Source: Acidimicrobiia bacterium (GTDB lineage: Bacteria > Actinomycetota > Acidimicrobiia > Spongiisociales > ZC4RG35). Taken from it: a DNA stretch of 64,000 nt. Shown here one piece after another: positions 38,263 to 48,202 of the stretch. The stretch spans positions 3,040,001-3,104,000 of the forward strand of contig CBDBCY010000004.1 in the NCBI GenBank assembly GCA_965203555.1. Direction: 5' to 3'. The position numbers were made by a program, and so were the translations under genes. Every line of letters starts with the position of its first letter. Positions within the stretch are counted from its first letter, which is position 1. The notes under the pieces were generated by a model, which made no database searches, was not told the DNA's origin, and was given only the letters and a program-made list of their open reading frames with translations.

Positions 38263-39174
38263 ATGTGGCAGTACTTGCGCAAGGGCGTCGTCGGGGCGAC
38301 CCTCCTGGCTGTGGCTCTCGGAGTGGCGGCCTGCGGGTCGGGTGACGACGCTGACGGCCCCACCATCGTGGTGGCCACGTTCAATTTCGGAGAGAGCCTG
38401 ATTCTCGGTGAGATCTATGCACAGGTGTTGGAGGCGGAGGGCTATGCAGTGGAGAAGAACCTCGGTTTGGGCTCGCGGGAGGTGGTTAAACCTGCCCTCG
38501 AATCCGGTGAGATCGGATTGGTACCCGAGTACACCGGAAGTCTGGGCAACTTCCTGGGCGTGACCCCGACCGCAGACGAGCAGTCCACCTGGCAAGCCGT
38601 AAAAGACGCCTTCGAGGCCAACGGCGTGACTTTGCTCGCCTACGCCCCCGCCCAGGACAAGAACGGCTTCGTGGTCACCGGAGACACGGCTGCCTCGCTG
38701 GGGCTTTCCAAGGTCAGCGATCTGGCCCCGGTCGCCGCCGATCTGGTGTTCGGGGGTCCGCCCGAATGCCCCGAGCGGCTCAATTGCCTGCCCGGTCTGG
38801 AAAGCGTGTACGGCTTGGTTTTCGCCGAATTCAAGCCATTGGACGTTGGAGGTCCGCTGACGGTGGCGGCATTGGAGGCAGGTGACGTGGATGTCGGAGT
38901 GCTCTTCACCACCGACGGGGTGATCGCCGCCAAGGGTTTTGTCCTCTTGGATGATGACCAGGGTCTCAATCCGGCCGAGAACATCGTCCCGGCGGTCCGG
39001 ATGGACATCGTGGATGCCTATGGGGATGACTTCGTTGATCTGTTGAACAGCGTCTCCGCCGAGATCAACACCCCTGAACTGACCGAGATGAACCGGCGGG
39101 CAGGGATCGATCAGGACGATCCGGCGGACATCGCCGCGCAGTGGCTGGCCGACAAGGGATTCGTCTCCGGCTGA
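38263..39174 (+). CDS. Osmoprotectant ABC substrate-binding lipoprotein
   Basis: Lipobox VAAC, FGESLILGEIY, PEYTG. Confidence 0.9.
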   Translation: MWQYLRKGVVGATLLAVALGVAACGSGDDADGPTIVVATFNFGESLILGEIYAQVLEAEGYAVEKNLGLGSREVVKPALESGEIGLVPEYTGSLGNFLGVTPTADEQSTWQAVKDAFEANGVTLLAYAPAQDKNGFVVTGDTAASLGLSKVSDLAPVAADLVFGGPPECPERLNCLPGLESVYGLVFAEFKPLDVGGPLTVAALEAGDVDVGVLFTTDGVIAAKGFVLLDDDQGLNPAENIVPAVRMDIVDAYGDDFVDLLNSVSAEINTPELTEMNRRAGIDQDDPADIAAQWLADKGFVSG

Positions 39175-39204
39175 GTTCTGGATCGCGTATAAAGCTCAAG
39201 TGAT

Positions 39205-39465
39205 TCAGGAGCGGGGGTCTTCGGGCCTCCGCTCCTGGTACTCTCGCCACTCGGCGATGGAGCGTGATACCAACACCATGATCACCGCCATCCCCACCAA
39301 CCCCAGCATGAAACCCAGCCCACCCCAGAAAAGCGATCTCGCTGCACATCCCGATCCCAGGTCGGAGCGGCATGCCACGTCGTTGACCACCCATCCCAAG
39401 CCACCCCCGAACAGCCCGGCGATCACCGCCGGTATCAGAATCCAGGGGTTGGGTCGACGTTTCAC
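39205..39465 (-). CDS. Small two-TM membrane protein
   Basis: Two hydrophobic helices; GTGA overlap with the upstream gene. Confidence 0.6.
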   Translation of the reverse strand: MKRRPNPWILIPAVIAGLFGGGLGWVVNDVACRSDLGSGCAARSLFWGGLGFMLGLVGMAVIMVLVSRSIAEWREYQERRPEDPRS

Positions 39466-40196
39466 TCTGGCTCCTGTGGAGATCGGCTGCCGGAGCGGCG
39501 TCTTGCGGCCGTCTCCCGCGCCGGCCTGATCCGAAGGGGAGTCGGACCGGGCGTCGGCGGGGGAGTTGTATCGACCAGGGGTTGCACTGCCAGCCGCGCC
39601 TCCTCCGACCAGGCGACCCAGGCTGCAAGGCAGCCTCCTGCCGCCGCTACCGGCCACCCCGGCCACGGGGTGGTGAAGGATGCAGCCACAGCCGAGGCGG
39701 GAACCAGGAATCGAGCGGCGAACAGTGAACCCGGCCATGCTTTTGCGTAGACCAGGACGGTGGCGGCCGACAGGGTCGCCAGTAACCACCCTCCCCCCAT
39801 TCCGTTGAGGCCGGCGCCGGCCAGGGCAACCGGCAGGGAACCCAGCACGCACAGGAGCAACACGGCCCGGGCGGGAGGGCCCAATTGGGCCGCCCGGCGT
39901 CGTTCGGCGGTGGCCAGCCAGGGTCCACCGACCACGGCCACGGTGGCGGCGGCCACTGCCACTGCCATCCACCACCAGGCGGAGATGGGGGTCATCACGG
40001 CCAGGCCCAATTCTCCCACCCCCAGTCCCGCGGCCATCCTGCGGCCCCAGCGGGAACCTTTCACCACCATCCCCACCAGGGCGGCGGTGGCGAGAATCAA
40101 GAGTCCGCCGGCCACAACCACCACCTGCAGCGGTGGCCAGGGTCCCGAAGAGGTGGAGACAGCCCCTGCCCACAGCAGTGCGCTCACCAGGCACAT
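39462..40196 (-). CDS. Multi-pass membrane protein of unknown function
   Basis: Highly hydrophobic ORF downstream of topA; start approximate. Confidence 0.65.
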   Translation of the reverse strand: MCLVSALLWAGAVSTSSGPWPPLQVVVVAGGLLILATAALVGMVVKGSRWGRRMAAGLGVGELGLAVMTPISAWWWMAVAVAAATVAVVGGPWLATAERRRAAQLGPPARAVLLLCVLGSLPVALAGAGLNGMGGGWLLATLSAATVLVYAKAWPGSLFAARFLVPASAVAASFTTPWPGWPVAAAGGCLAAWVAWSEEARLAVQPLVDTTPPPTPGPTPLRIRPARETAARRRSGSRSPQEPE

Positions 40197-40242
40197 GGCG
40201 GCGGCGGTTGCCACGCCTGCTGAGGTTCTCACGGCGTTTCCG

Positions 40243-42798
40243 CTATTTGCGGCGGCGGGAGCGCTTCCCGCGTCCGGGCGCTGCCTGCTTCTTGCGCCGG
40301 GTTTCCAGCAGATCGCTGGCCCGCTCGACGGTGACACTGTCCACGGTGTCCGCTGGGCTCAACGAGGCGTTGACGCCGTCGGCGCTCACGTAGGGCCCGT
40401 ATCGACCGTCCCGCAGTTCCACGGTCTTGCCGGTGCGGGGATCCTCTCCCAGCACCCGCAGGACGGAGCGGCGGCCCCGGGCGGGGGTGGTGGCCAGGAT
40501 CTGGAGGGCCTCATCGATGGTGATGGTGAAGAGTTGGTCGATCTCCGCAAGATTGCGGTTGGTCCTGCCGCGGGAGAGGTAAGGTCCGTAACGGCCGTAT
40601 CGAGCGTATACCTTCTCCCCGCTGTTGGGATCGACCCCCACCTGGCGGGGAAGTTCCAACCACCGCAGTGCGTCATCCAGGCTCACCCCGCCCAACTCGG
40701 TGTCCTTGGGCAGGGAGACCCGCTTGGGCTTCGTCTTTCCGCGGACGGTTTCTCCCAACTGCAGGTAGGGCCCGTACCGACCCTTCAGGGCCAGCACCTC
40801 CAGGCCGGTGCGGGGGTCGCTTCCCAGTATCTTGCGGTCCTGCGAGGAACGACCCTCGGCCAGCAATTCCAGGGCCTTTTCCACGGTCAACTCGTCGGGA
40901 GGCAGCCGGTCGGGTATGGAAACAGTCGCCTCCTTCCACAGCAGGAAGGGTCCATATCTGCCGATCCGGGCAGTTACCTCTTCTCCGTCGGCGTCCTCGC
41001 CTATCAGGATTCTTCGGGAAAGTCGGGTGTCGACGTTCTCCAAGCTGTTGTCGACCAGGGATTTGAGGCCCTCCTCCCCGAAGTAGAAACGTTGCAGCCA
41101 TGGTTTGGTTTGCTCCTGCCGGTCGGCGATCCGGTCCAGGTCGCCCTCCATCTTGGCGGTGAACTGGTAATCGACCAGTTTGGGAAAACTCTCTTCCAGC
41201 AGGCTGACCACCGCGAAGGCTGTGAAGCTGGGTATCAGGGCCCGTCCCTGGTTCCACACATACCCCCGATCCTGGATGGTGCTCATGATCGAGGCGTAGG
41301 TGGAAGGCCGACCGACGCCCAGTTTCTCGAGGGTGCTGATCAAAGAGGCTTCCGTGTACCAGGCGGGCGGTCTGGTCCGGTGGTCCTTCGCCGTCAATTC
41401 GGCCGTGTCCAGCGCCTGCCCCGCAGCTAAGGGCGGAAGGGTCTTCTGTTTGCCCTTCCTGCCGTCTGCGCCCCGATCGGACGGGGTTCCGAGGGCTCGG
41501 AGGAAGCCCGCGAAGGTGATGGTCCTTCCCTGGGCATGGAACTCCACGTTCACCCCTGCCGAAGAGGTCCCGCCCAGCGTGGCGGATACCGTTTCCCCGA
41601 TGGCGTCTTTCATCTGAGAGGCGACCGTGTGGCGCCAGATCATCTGGTAGAGCCGGGAGGGATCTCCCTCTCCGAGCGCGGCGGTCACCTCCTGGGGAGT
41701 CTTCCACACGCTGCCGGCCGGTCGAATGGCTTCGTGCGCCTCCTGTGCCGCCTTGACCTTGGTCCGGTAGGACCTCGGCTTCTGCGGCAGATAGGCGTCG
41801 CCAAAACTCTGTCGGATCACCTTCCGGGCGGTGGCGACGGCTTCGGGCGAGATGGAGACCGAGTCCGTGCGCATGTAGGTGATGTGTCCGTTTTCGTACA
41901 GTCGTTGGGCGGCGCGCATGGCTCGGGCAGACTGCATTCCCAACCGGCGCGAGGCGTCCTGCTGGAGAGTGGAAGTGCGGTACGGGGGTGAGGGCGAGCG
42001 TTTGTAGGGCCGCTGCTTCAGTTCGGTCACCGCAAAGGAGGCGCCGGTCAGATCGGCGGTGAGCCGCTCGGCCTCCGCCTTCCCCATCTGCAGTGTCTCG
42101 GGGTTTTTCAATTGCCCCTGGGAAGTGAAGTCCCGGCCCGTCGCCACCCGCTGTTTCCCCACCCTGACGAGGGCCGCCTCGAAGCGCTGCTCCGGTTCGT
42201 CCACCGGGTGGAATACTCCCAGGATGTCCCAGTACTCGGCCCTCACGAACCGGATCCGCTCCCGGGCCCTCTCCACGGCCAGTCGCACCGCCACGCTCTG
42301 CACCCGTCCGGCCGAGAGTCCGGTCTTGACCTTTCTCCACAGCACCGGTGAGACCTCGTATCCGTACAGGCGGTCCAGGATGCGTCTGGCTTCCTGGGAT
42401 TCGACCAGCGCCGTGTCGAGCTCTCGAGGATTGTCGAAGGCCTGGCGAATGGCCTGGCGAGTGATCTCCTGGAAGACCATTCTCCGCACCGGCACCTTGG
42501 GCTTCAGCAGTTCCGTGAGATGCCAGGCGATGGCTTCGCCCTCCCGGTCGCGGTCGGTGGCCAGATACAGGGACTCCGCCGAGGCCAGGGCCGCTCTGAG
42601 CTTTTTGACCTGATTGCTCTTTCCCGGGGAGGTGACGTACCTGGGTTGGAATCCCTTTTCGACGTCCACCCCCATCTCCTTTTTGGGCAGATCGCGGACG
42701 TGTCCCATGGATGACTCGACCACCACATCCGGTCCCAGGTAGGAGGAGATGCTGCGAGCCTTGGTGGGGGATTCGACAACTACCAGCGCCTTGCTCAT
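40243..42798 (-). CDS. topA: DNA topoisomerase I
   Basis: VVESPTKA, ATDRDREGE, ITYMRTDS, C-terminal GRYGPY repeats. Confidence 0.97.
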   Translation of the reverse strand: MSKALVVVESPTKARSISSYLGPDVVVESSMGHVRDLPKKEMGVDVEKGFQPRYVTSPGKSNQVKKLRAALASAESLYLATDRDREGEAIAWHLTELLKPKVPVRRMVFQEITRQAIRQAFDNPRELDTALVESQEARRILDRLYGYEVSPVLWRKVKTGLSAGRVQSVAVRLAVERARERIRFVRAEYWDILGVFHPVDEPEQRFEAALVRVGKQRVATGRDFTSQGQLKNPETLQMGKAEAERLTADLTGASFAVTELKQRPYKRSPSPPYRTSTLQQDASRRLGMQSARAMRAAQRLYENGHITYMRTDSVSISPEAVATARKVIRQSFGDAYLPQKPRSYRTKVKAAQEAHEAIRPAGSVWKTPQEVTAALGEGDPSRLYQMIWRHTVASQMKDAIGETVSATLGGTSSAGVNVEFHAQGRTITFAGFLRALGTPSDRGADGRKGKQKTLPPLAAGQALDTAELTAKDHRTRPPAWYTEASLISTLEKLGVGRPSTYASIMSTIQDRGYVWNQGRALIPSFTAFAVVSLLEESFPKLVDYQFTAKMEGDLDRIADRQEQTKPWLQRFYFGEEGLKSLVDNSLENVDTRLSRRILIGEDADGEEVTARIGRYGPFLLWKEATVSIPDRLPPDELTVEKALELLAEGRSSQDRKILGSDPRTGLEVLALKGRYGPYLQLGETVRGKTKPKRVSLPKDTELGGVSLDDALRWLELPRQVGVDPNSGEKVYARYGRYGPYLSRGRTNRNLAEIDQLFTITIDEALQILATTPARGRRSVLRVLGEDPRTGKTVELRDGRYGPYVSADGVNASLSPADTVDSVTVERASDLLETRRKKQAAPGRGKRSRRRK

Positions 42799-42877
42799 CG
42801 GACTAACAAGTTACCTGCCAAACGCGCCTTATGCCTAACCGATTCCCCTTTTTCTGGCCTCAAGTAGTGTTGGGCGG

Positions 42878-44272
42878 GTGAATTCCGTGGAAGAAATCCG
42901 TGGTCGGGATCTGATCCGCCGCGGTCCCTTCGCCAAGCTGTGGTGGGCCAACAGCGTCTCCAGCCTGGGAGACTGGGTGAATATCTTCGCCACCCTGGCC
43001 CTGGCCGCCAGGATCGGGGGTGGCGGGGAAGGCTCCACGGTGGCGATAATCATCTCCCTGGTGGCGCGGTTTCTGCCCGGAATGCTGGCCGGAATGGTGG
43101 GAGGGGTGGTTGCGGATCGCTGGAACCGAAAGATCACCATGGTGGTCTCCGACTTCGGACGGGCGGCGCTGGTTGGAACCTTGCTGTTCGTCTCCAATCT
43201 TTCCCAGTTGTTCGTAGTGATTGTTCTGGTGGAGCTCCTCGGGTTGTTTCGCCAGCCCGCCCGGGAGGCGGTGGTTCCCACGCTGATCGCACCCAAGCAC
43301 CTTGCCGCCGCCAACGGACTCAATCTGGTCTCGATGTACGGCACGGCGCCGGTGGGCTCGGCGATTTTCGCGCTGCTCACCGAATTCAGCGAAATGCTGC
43401 CCGAGGTCGGGCAATTCGGCGCCTGGGTGCTCCCCGCCTTCATGTTCGACATGGCCACCTTCCTGTTCTCGGGTCTCATCACCCTCGCCATCCCGATAAA
43501 GGCCACCACTCTGCCCGAGAAGCGCCGGATGAGACTTGAGCGGCGATCGCTGGCCGCTCCGGTACGGGATCTGGTGGAGGGATGGGCGCAGGTGGGTCGG
43601 CGGGGTCCGGTTCGCCGGCTGGTGTGGGGGATGGCGATCGCTCTGCTGGGGGGAGGAGGGTTGTTCGTTATGGGCCAACCCTTCACGCAGCAGGTGCTAG
43701 AGGCCACCGAGAGCGGCTACGGGGCATTGCTCACCTCTTTGGGCATGGGGGTGGCGATCGGGATGGTGCTGCTGGCCGGACTCGGCAAGAACCTGATCCA
43801 CCGGGAGCCCATCTTCGCCCTCGGTTTGTGGGCGGCGGGCGGCGGCATCATATTCACCAGTTTCTCTCGCTCGGTGTTCGCGGCGGTGGGCTGGGTGTTG
43901 CTTTTGGGTCTGGGCACGGGAATGGCCTACGTGGCCGGATTTACCCAACTCCACTCGGTGGTTACCGATGAGATAAGGGGCAGGACCTTCGGAGCGCTCT
44001 ACACGCTGGGCCGTCTGGCGTTGCTGGTCTCTTTGGCGGTGGCTGGAATAGGCGCCGTCGCTCTGGAGGGCTTGCTGCCCGGGATCCTGGGTAACGGGAT
44101 CCGGGCGGTGCTGTTCGTAAGCGGATTGGCGGTGCTTCTGACCGGTGTGGCCACCTTGTGGGCGGCCCGCTCCCAACTGCGAATGGTGTTCGACAAAGAA
44201 GCAATGGCAGCGATGCGATACACCAGCCAGGTGTTGGGGATACTCCGGCATCGCCGCTCCCACAAGTCGTGA
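42878..44272 (+). CDS. MFS transporter
   Basis: GVVADRWNRK motif A, about 12 TM; coupled to tmk as is common in Actinomycetota. Confidence 0.9.
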   Translation: MNSVEEIRGRDLIRRGPFAKLWWANSVSSLGDWVNIFATLALAARIGGGGEGSTVAIIISLVARFLPGMLAGMVGGVVADRWNRKITMVVSDFGRAALVGTLLFVSNLSQLFVVIVLVELLGLFRQPAREAVVPTLIAPKHLAAANGLNLVSMYGTAPVGSAIFALLTEFSEMLPEVGQFGAWVLPAFMFDMATFLFSGLITLAIPIKATTLPEKRRMRLERRSLAAPVRDLVEGWAQVGRRGPVRRLVWGMAIALLGGGGLFVMGQPFTQQVLEATESGYGALLTSLGMGVAIGMVLLAGLGKNLIHREPIFALGLWAAGGGIIFTSFSRSVFAAVGWVLLLGLGTGMAYVAGFTQLHSVVTDEIRGRTFGALYTLGRLALLVSLAVAGIGAVALEGLLPGILGNGIRAVLFVSGLAVLLTGVATLWAARSQLRMVFDKEAMAAMRYTSQVLGILRHRRSHKS

Positions 44273-44889
44273 AACGGGGACGCTACCTTGCTTTGGAGGG
44301 CACCGAGGGGGTGGGAAAGACTACCCTGAATCGACTGCTGACCGACCGCCTGACGGAGCGGGGCGTCGATGTGGTGGCAGTGAGGGAACCGGGAGGGACC
44401 CCGCTTGGAGAGCAGATCCGCTCCATGTTGCTGCATGGCGATGACATGGCCGACTGGACGGAGGCCTTGTTGTTTGCCGCTCAGAGGTCCGAACTCGTGG
44501 CCCAGGTGGTACGCCCCGCTCTCTCGCAGGGTAGGTGGGTGCTTTCTGATCGGTGCTTCTATTCTTCCCTGGCTTATCAGGGCTATGCGAGGGGTCTGGG
44601 TGTGAGCAAGGTGTGGTCGGTCAACGAAGCGGCTTTGGACGGGACTCTGCCCGATCTTGTCGTGTGGCTGGAAACCGATCATCGGGCTGCTCTCTTCCGG
44701 CAGGAGGAGCTTGACCGGATCGGATCGCAGGACATGATTCTCCATCTGCAAGTGTGGAAGGGGTACCGACATCTGTGGACCTCGGGGGCGAGCCGAACGC
44801 TGCGGCTGGACGGCGGACGCTCTTCCGAGCACAGCGTTGAGGCGCTGGTCGGTGTATTGGAGGAGCGAGGGTGGCTGGATCCCTGGTGA
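44269..44889 (+). CDS. tmk: Thymidylate kinase
   Basis: EGTEGVGKTT, REPGG, SDR..SSLAYQG. Confidence 0.95.
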   Translation: MKRGRYLALEGTEGVGKTTLNRLLTDRLTERGVDVVAVREPGGTPLGEQIRSMLLHGDDMADWTEALLFAAQRSELVAQVVRPALSQGRWVLSDRCFYSSLAYQGYARGLGVSKVWSVNEAALDGTLPDLVVWLETDHRAALFRQEELDRIGSQDMILHLQVWKGYRHLWTSGASRTLRLDGGRSSEHSVEALVGVLEERGWLDPW

Positions 44890-44891
44890 GC

Positions 44892-45944
44892 ATGCCGCAG
44901 CCGGCCACCGGCATAATCGGGCACCGGGCGATCTGGGAAAGGCTGGCCGCCGATGTCGACTCCCCGGCCGGGGCGTATCTTCTGGTCGGTCCCCAGGGGG
45001 TGGGAAAGAGCCTGGTGGCGCGCCGCTTCGCCGAACGGTTGGTTTGTCCCACCTCCGGCGCGGACCTCGGTGAATGCTCGGCATGTCGAAGGGCACGATC
45101 CGGTGCACATCCGGACATCGTGGTGGTCAGCCCCACCGAACGACAGCGGGTAGGGGTGGGTGATGCCCGCCAGGTGGTCTCCCGGGCTGCTCGAACCCCG
45201 GTGGAAGCCTCTCATAAGGTGTTCATCATCGACCGGGAAATAACCGTGGCGGCGGCAAACGTATTGCTCAAGACCTTGGAGGAGACCTCCGACTCCACAG
45301 TCTTCGTTCTGGTCGCCACCTCCACGGAGGATCTCCCCGACACGGTGGCCAGTCGGTGCCGCACCTTCCATCTGGGGAAGGTGGAGGCGGCCGAACTGGT
45401 GGAGGGGCTGGTGGGAAGAGGGATGGAACGCTCCGAAGCAGAGGCTATTTCCGAAGTTGCGGGCGGGAGGCCTGGCATGGCGCTTCGACTGAAGGGGCAC
45501 AAATCAGCGGCCCGATTCCGCTCGGCCTGGCTGGACACCGCCGCCCAGTTGGCCGAACGGGACCATCTTGGCGCCGGCGAGGCGGTGACCATGGTGGATG
45601 AGGTCCTGATCTATGGAGAGCGAATGCTGGACGGGGTCCGTCCGGATAGGAAGGCGGTCAAGCGTCTGAGGGAGCAGGCGCAAAGAGAGACTCGCAGGCA
45701 GCGCCGTCTGCTGTGGGTCTCGGGATTGGAGATCATGGCTGCCTGGTATGTGGACGCCGCCGCCCGCAAGCTGGGTGGGCCGGCCCGAACCTTGGGCGAG
45801 GGGGTGCGGCCGGCGGCGGTGGACCCTGCCCGGGCGCTTCGCTCGGCCGATCTCATCCTGGGAGCGGGGGCCGAGTTGGCGGTCATCAATCTGCGCCCCC
45901 GGGCTCGGCTGGCGGAACTGTTCTGTGACCTGGTGGAACTGTGA
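44892..45944 (+). CDS. holB: DNA polymerase III delta' subunit
   Basis: GPQGVGK, CSAC..HPD, NVLLKTLEE, TVASRC; follows tmk. Confidence 0.92.
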   Translation: MPQPATGIIGHRAIWERLAADVDSPAGAYLLVGPQGVGKSLVARRFAERLVCPTSGADLGECSACRRARSGAHPDIVVVSPTERQRVGVGDARQVVSRAARTPVEASHKVFIIDREITVAAANVLLKTLEETSDSTVFVLVATSTEDLPDTVASRCRTFHLGKVEAAELVEGLVGRGMERSEAEAISEVAGGRPGMALRLKGHKSAARFRSAWLDTAAQLAERDHLGAGEAVTMVDEVLIYGERMLDGVRPDRKAVKRLREQAQRETRRQRRLLWVSGLEIMAAWYVDAAARKLGGPARTLGEGVRPAAVDPARALRSADLILGAGAELAVINLRPRARLAELFCDLVEL

Positions 45945-46537
45945 TACCTGCCTTCTCCGACAGGTCGCAGGTGCTGACTATTCCCAATCTGGTTTCCGCG
46001 CTCCGGATCCTCCTTGTGGGCGGGTTGTGGTGGTTGCTGGCCGCCGATCAGGCGGCCTGGGCGGCGTGGTTGATTATCTTGATGGCAACCACCGACTGGC
46101 TTGACGGCTGGCTGGCCCGAAAACTGGACCAGGTAACAGACCTGGGGGCTGTTCTCGATCCGGTCGGAGACGCGTTGATGATGGCGTCGGCGGTGCTGGG
46201 GGGAATGATCAGGACCTGGGTGCCGCTGGAGGTTGGGGTGTTGATTCTGGTCAGATCGGCGATGGTGACGGGATGGTCGGCCTGGGTGACCGTCCGAATC
46301 AAGAGGACCATCGAGGTGCGCCGCAGCGGTAAGGTCGCCATCACCTTCCTGTTCATCGCGGTTCCCGGCTTTTACTTCGCTTCGGCATCGACAGGAGCGA
46401 TCCGGGCCTGGCTGCTGGTGGTGGCGTGGATCGCTGCTTCCGTGGGGTTGCTTGTCTATTGGTGGTCGGGGATCATGTACACCCGAGACGGGTTTGATCT
46501 GGTTCGTCGGCGCGGAACAGATTCTCCGGCCGCCTGA
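45941..46537 (+). CDS. CDP-alcohol phosphatidyltransferase
   Basis: TIPN..TDWLDGWLAR..G..LDPVGD. Confidence 0.92.
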   Translation: MIPAFSDRSQVLTIPNLVSALRILLVGGLWWLLAADQAAWAAWLIILMATTDWLDGWLARKLDQVTDLGAVLDPVGDALMMASAVLGGMIRTWVPLEVGVLILVRSAMVTGWSAWVTVRIKRTIEVRRSGKVAITFLFIAVPGFYFASASTGAIRAWLLVVAWIAASVGLLVYWWSGIMYTRDGFDLVRRRGTDSPAA

Positions 46538-46607
46538 GTGTTCCAACTGCAAGCGGTGGGGCCCGCCGACCCAGCGATGGTTTTCGTTTCTGATAAGGTA
46601 TGTTCCT

Positions 46608-46997
46608 ATGACAGAAACCCAGACTGAGATTCCCGAGCACCTGTCCTACACCACCGAACATGAGTGGATTCTGACCGGCGACAAAAGTGCCCGGCTGGGC
46701 ATTACAGACTATGCCCAGGACGCCCTGGGCGATGTGGTGTACGCCCAATTGCCTCGGGAGGGAGACGAGGTGTTGGAGGGTGAGATCTTCGCTGAACTGG
46801 AATCGACCAAGTCGGTCGGAGAGGTTTACGCTCCATTTGACGGAGTGGTGTTGGCGGTGAACGAAGAGTTGGAGACAAGGCCCGAATTGGTCAACGAGGA
46901 TCCTTACGGAGAGGGTTGGATCGTGGACCTTTCCCTTAACGGTCCTCTACCTGCTACGCTCTTGGCCGCGGCGGAGTATCGGGACCTCATTTCCTAG
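46608..46997 (+). CDS. gcvH: Glycine cleavage H protein
   Basis: EHEW, GITDYAQDALGD, ESTKS, DPYGEGW. Confidence 0.96.
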   Translation: MTETQTEIPEHLSYTTEHEWILTGDKSARLGITDYAQDALGDVVYAQLPREGDEVLEGEIFAELESTKSVGEVYAPFDGVVLAVNEELETRPELVNEDPYGEGWIVDLSLNGPLPATLLAAAEYRDLIS

Positions 46998-47053
46998 AGC
47001 AGGCCCTACTTCTATTCCCTTCCCCACTGGGAGGGGCAGTTTACAATAAGAGT

Positions 47054-47497
47054 GTGTATGTACCCATGCTGTCTGGCGAGCCACCGGCCGGCGCCGGGAT
47101 GACGCCGAAGGTTCGTGGCGCCGACCCTACGGCTATCTTCCGACCCGCGGATCTCTACTCGGCTCTTCGAACAGATGCGCTGTCGCATCTGGAAGGGTTC
47201 TCGGGATGGGGGCTGATCGTAGAAAGAGGCGCACAAGCAGGTAGGACATACTCTTTGATGGAAGGAGTCACCAGGGTAGGGCGGCATCTGCGAAGCAGGA
47301 TCCTCCTGGATGACATCACGGTTTCCCGGCGCCATTGCCGGTTGACAGTGGAAGGAGGCCGGGTTACGGTCGAGGATGAAGGTTCCACCAACGGAACCTA
47401 TGTGAACGGCGCCCGGATGGAGTCATCCCGTTTACATCCGGGAGACCGGTTGATGGTGGGACGATTTCACCTGGTTGTCGTTCGGGGCAATGACTGA
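47054..47497 (+). CDS. FHA-domain protein (GarA/OdhI-like)
   Basis: GRH..LDDITVSRRH, STNGTYVNG; N-terminal PTAIFR resembles the GarA phosphosite region. Confidence 0.88.
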   Translation: MYVPMLSGEPPAGAGMTPKVRGADPTAIFRPADLYSALRTDALSHLEGFSGWGLIVERGAQAGRTYSLMEGVTRVGRHLRSRILLDDITVSRRHCRLTVEGGRVTVEDEGSTNGTYVNGARMESSRLHPGDRLMVGRFHLVVVRGND

Positions 47498-48173
47498 GAG
47501 TCAGAGCCTCTCGATCGGAGAGACGGTAAAGGCCCTAAGAAAAGAGTTTCCGGAGATAACAGTCTCCAAGATCCGCTTCCTGGAGTCCAAGGGCATGGTG
47601 ATGCCTCGTCGTACCCAGGGGGGATATCGCCGCTTCGACCGGATGGATCTGGCCCGTATCCAGTACATCCTCCGGCAGCAACGAGATCACTTCCTTCCTC
47701 TCAAAGTGATTAAATCAAAGCTGTCGGCCTGGGAGCGGGGCGACGATCCCCAGGATCCCCAGGGATTGGGAGCTTCCCTGCTGGAGGAGGCAGGCGAACC
47801 TATAACCCGCACGGACTTGATCAGACGCAGCGGTCTGACTGATGCTCAACTGGACGATCTCATCGCCAACCGGCTGGTTTCTCCTTTACCGGGAGACGAG
47901 CAGGTCTTCCCGCCCGAAGCCGGCTTGGTTGCCACCGAGGCGAAAGTCCTGATGGATCGCGGCCTGGGCGGCCGCCACCTGCGCTCTATTCGTCTGGCCG
48001 TCGACTCGGAGGTAGCCCTGTTTCGTTCCGTGGCGGGGCCATTGATGAGAGTCCAATGGGTGGGTGAGGGAGGAGAGCACGTCCGAGAGTTGCTGATGGG
48101 TTTGGCCGACGCGTTGGTGAGCATGCATCGCGCCCTACTGCTGGCTTCTCTTCGAACGGAGTTGCGCCGCTGA
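47490..48173 (+). CDS. MerR-family regulator (FtsR-like)
   Basis: SIGE..FPEITVSKIRFLE..GGYRRF..LPLKVIK. Confidence 0.9.
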   Translation: MTESQSLSIGETVKALRKEFPEITVSKIRFLESKGMVMPRRTQGGYRRFDRMDLARIQYILRQQRDHFLPLKVIKSKLSAWERGDDPQDPQGLGASLLEEAGEPITRTDLIRRSGLTDAQLDDLIANRLVSPLPGDEQVFPPEAGLVATEAKVLMDRGLGGRHLRSIRLAVDSEVALFRSVAGPLMRVQWVGEGGEHVRELLMGLADALVSMHRALLLASLRTELRR

Positions 48174-48202
48174 GGTCCTCGGTTCGCATTGCTGTAAGCG
48201 CC

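Noticed and set aside
46538-46607. Glycine riboswitch upstream of gcvH (also checked before gcvT)
   Set aside because: The intergenic spaces are short and lack the GGAGA..CCGAAG core
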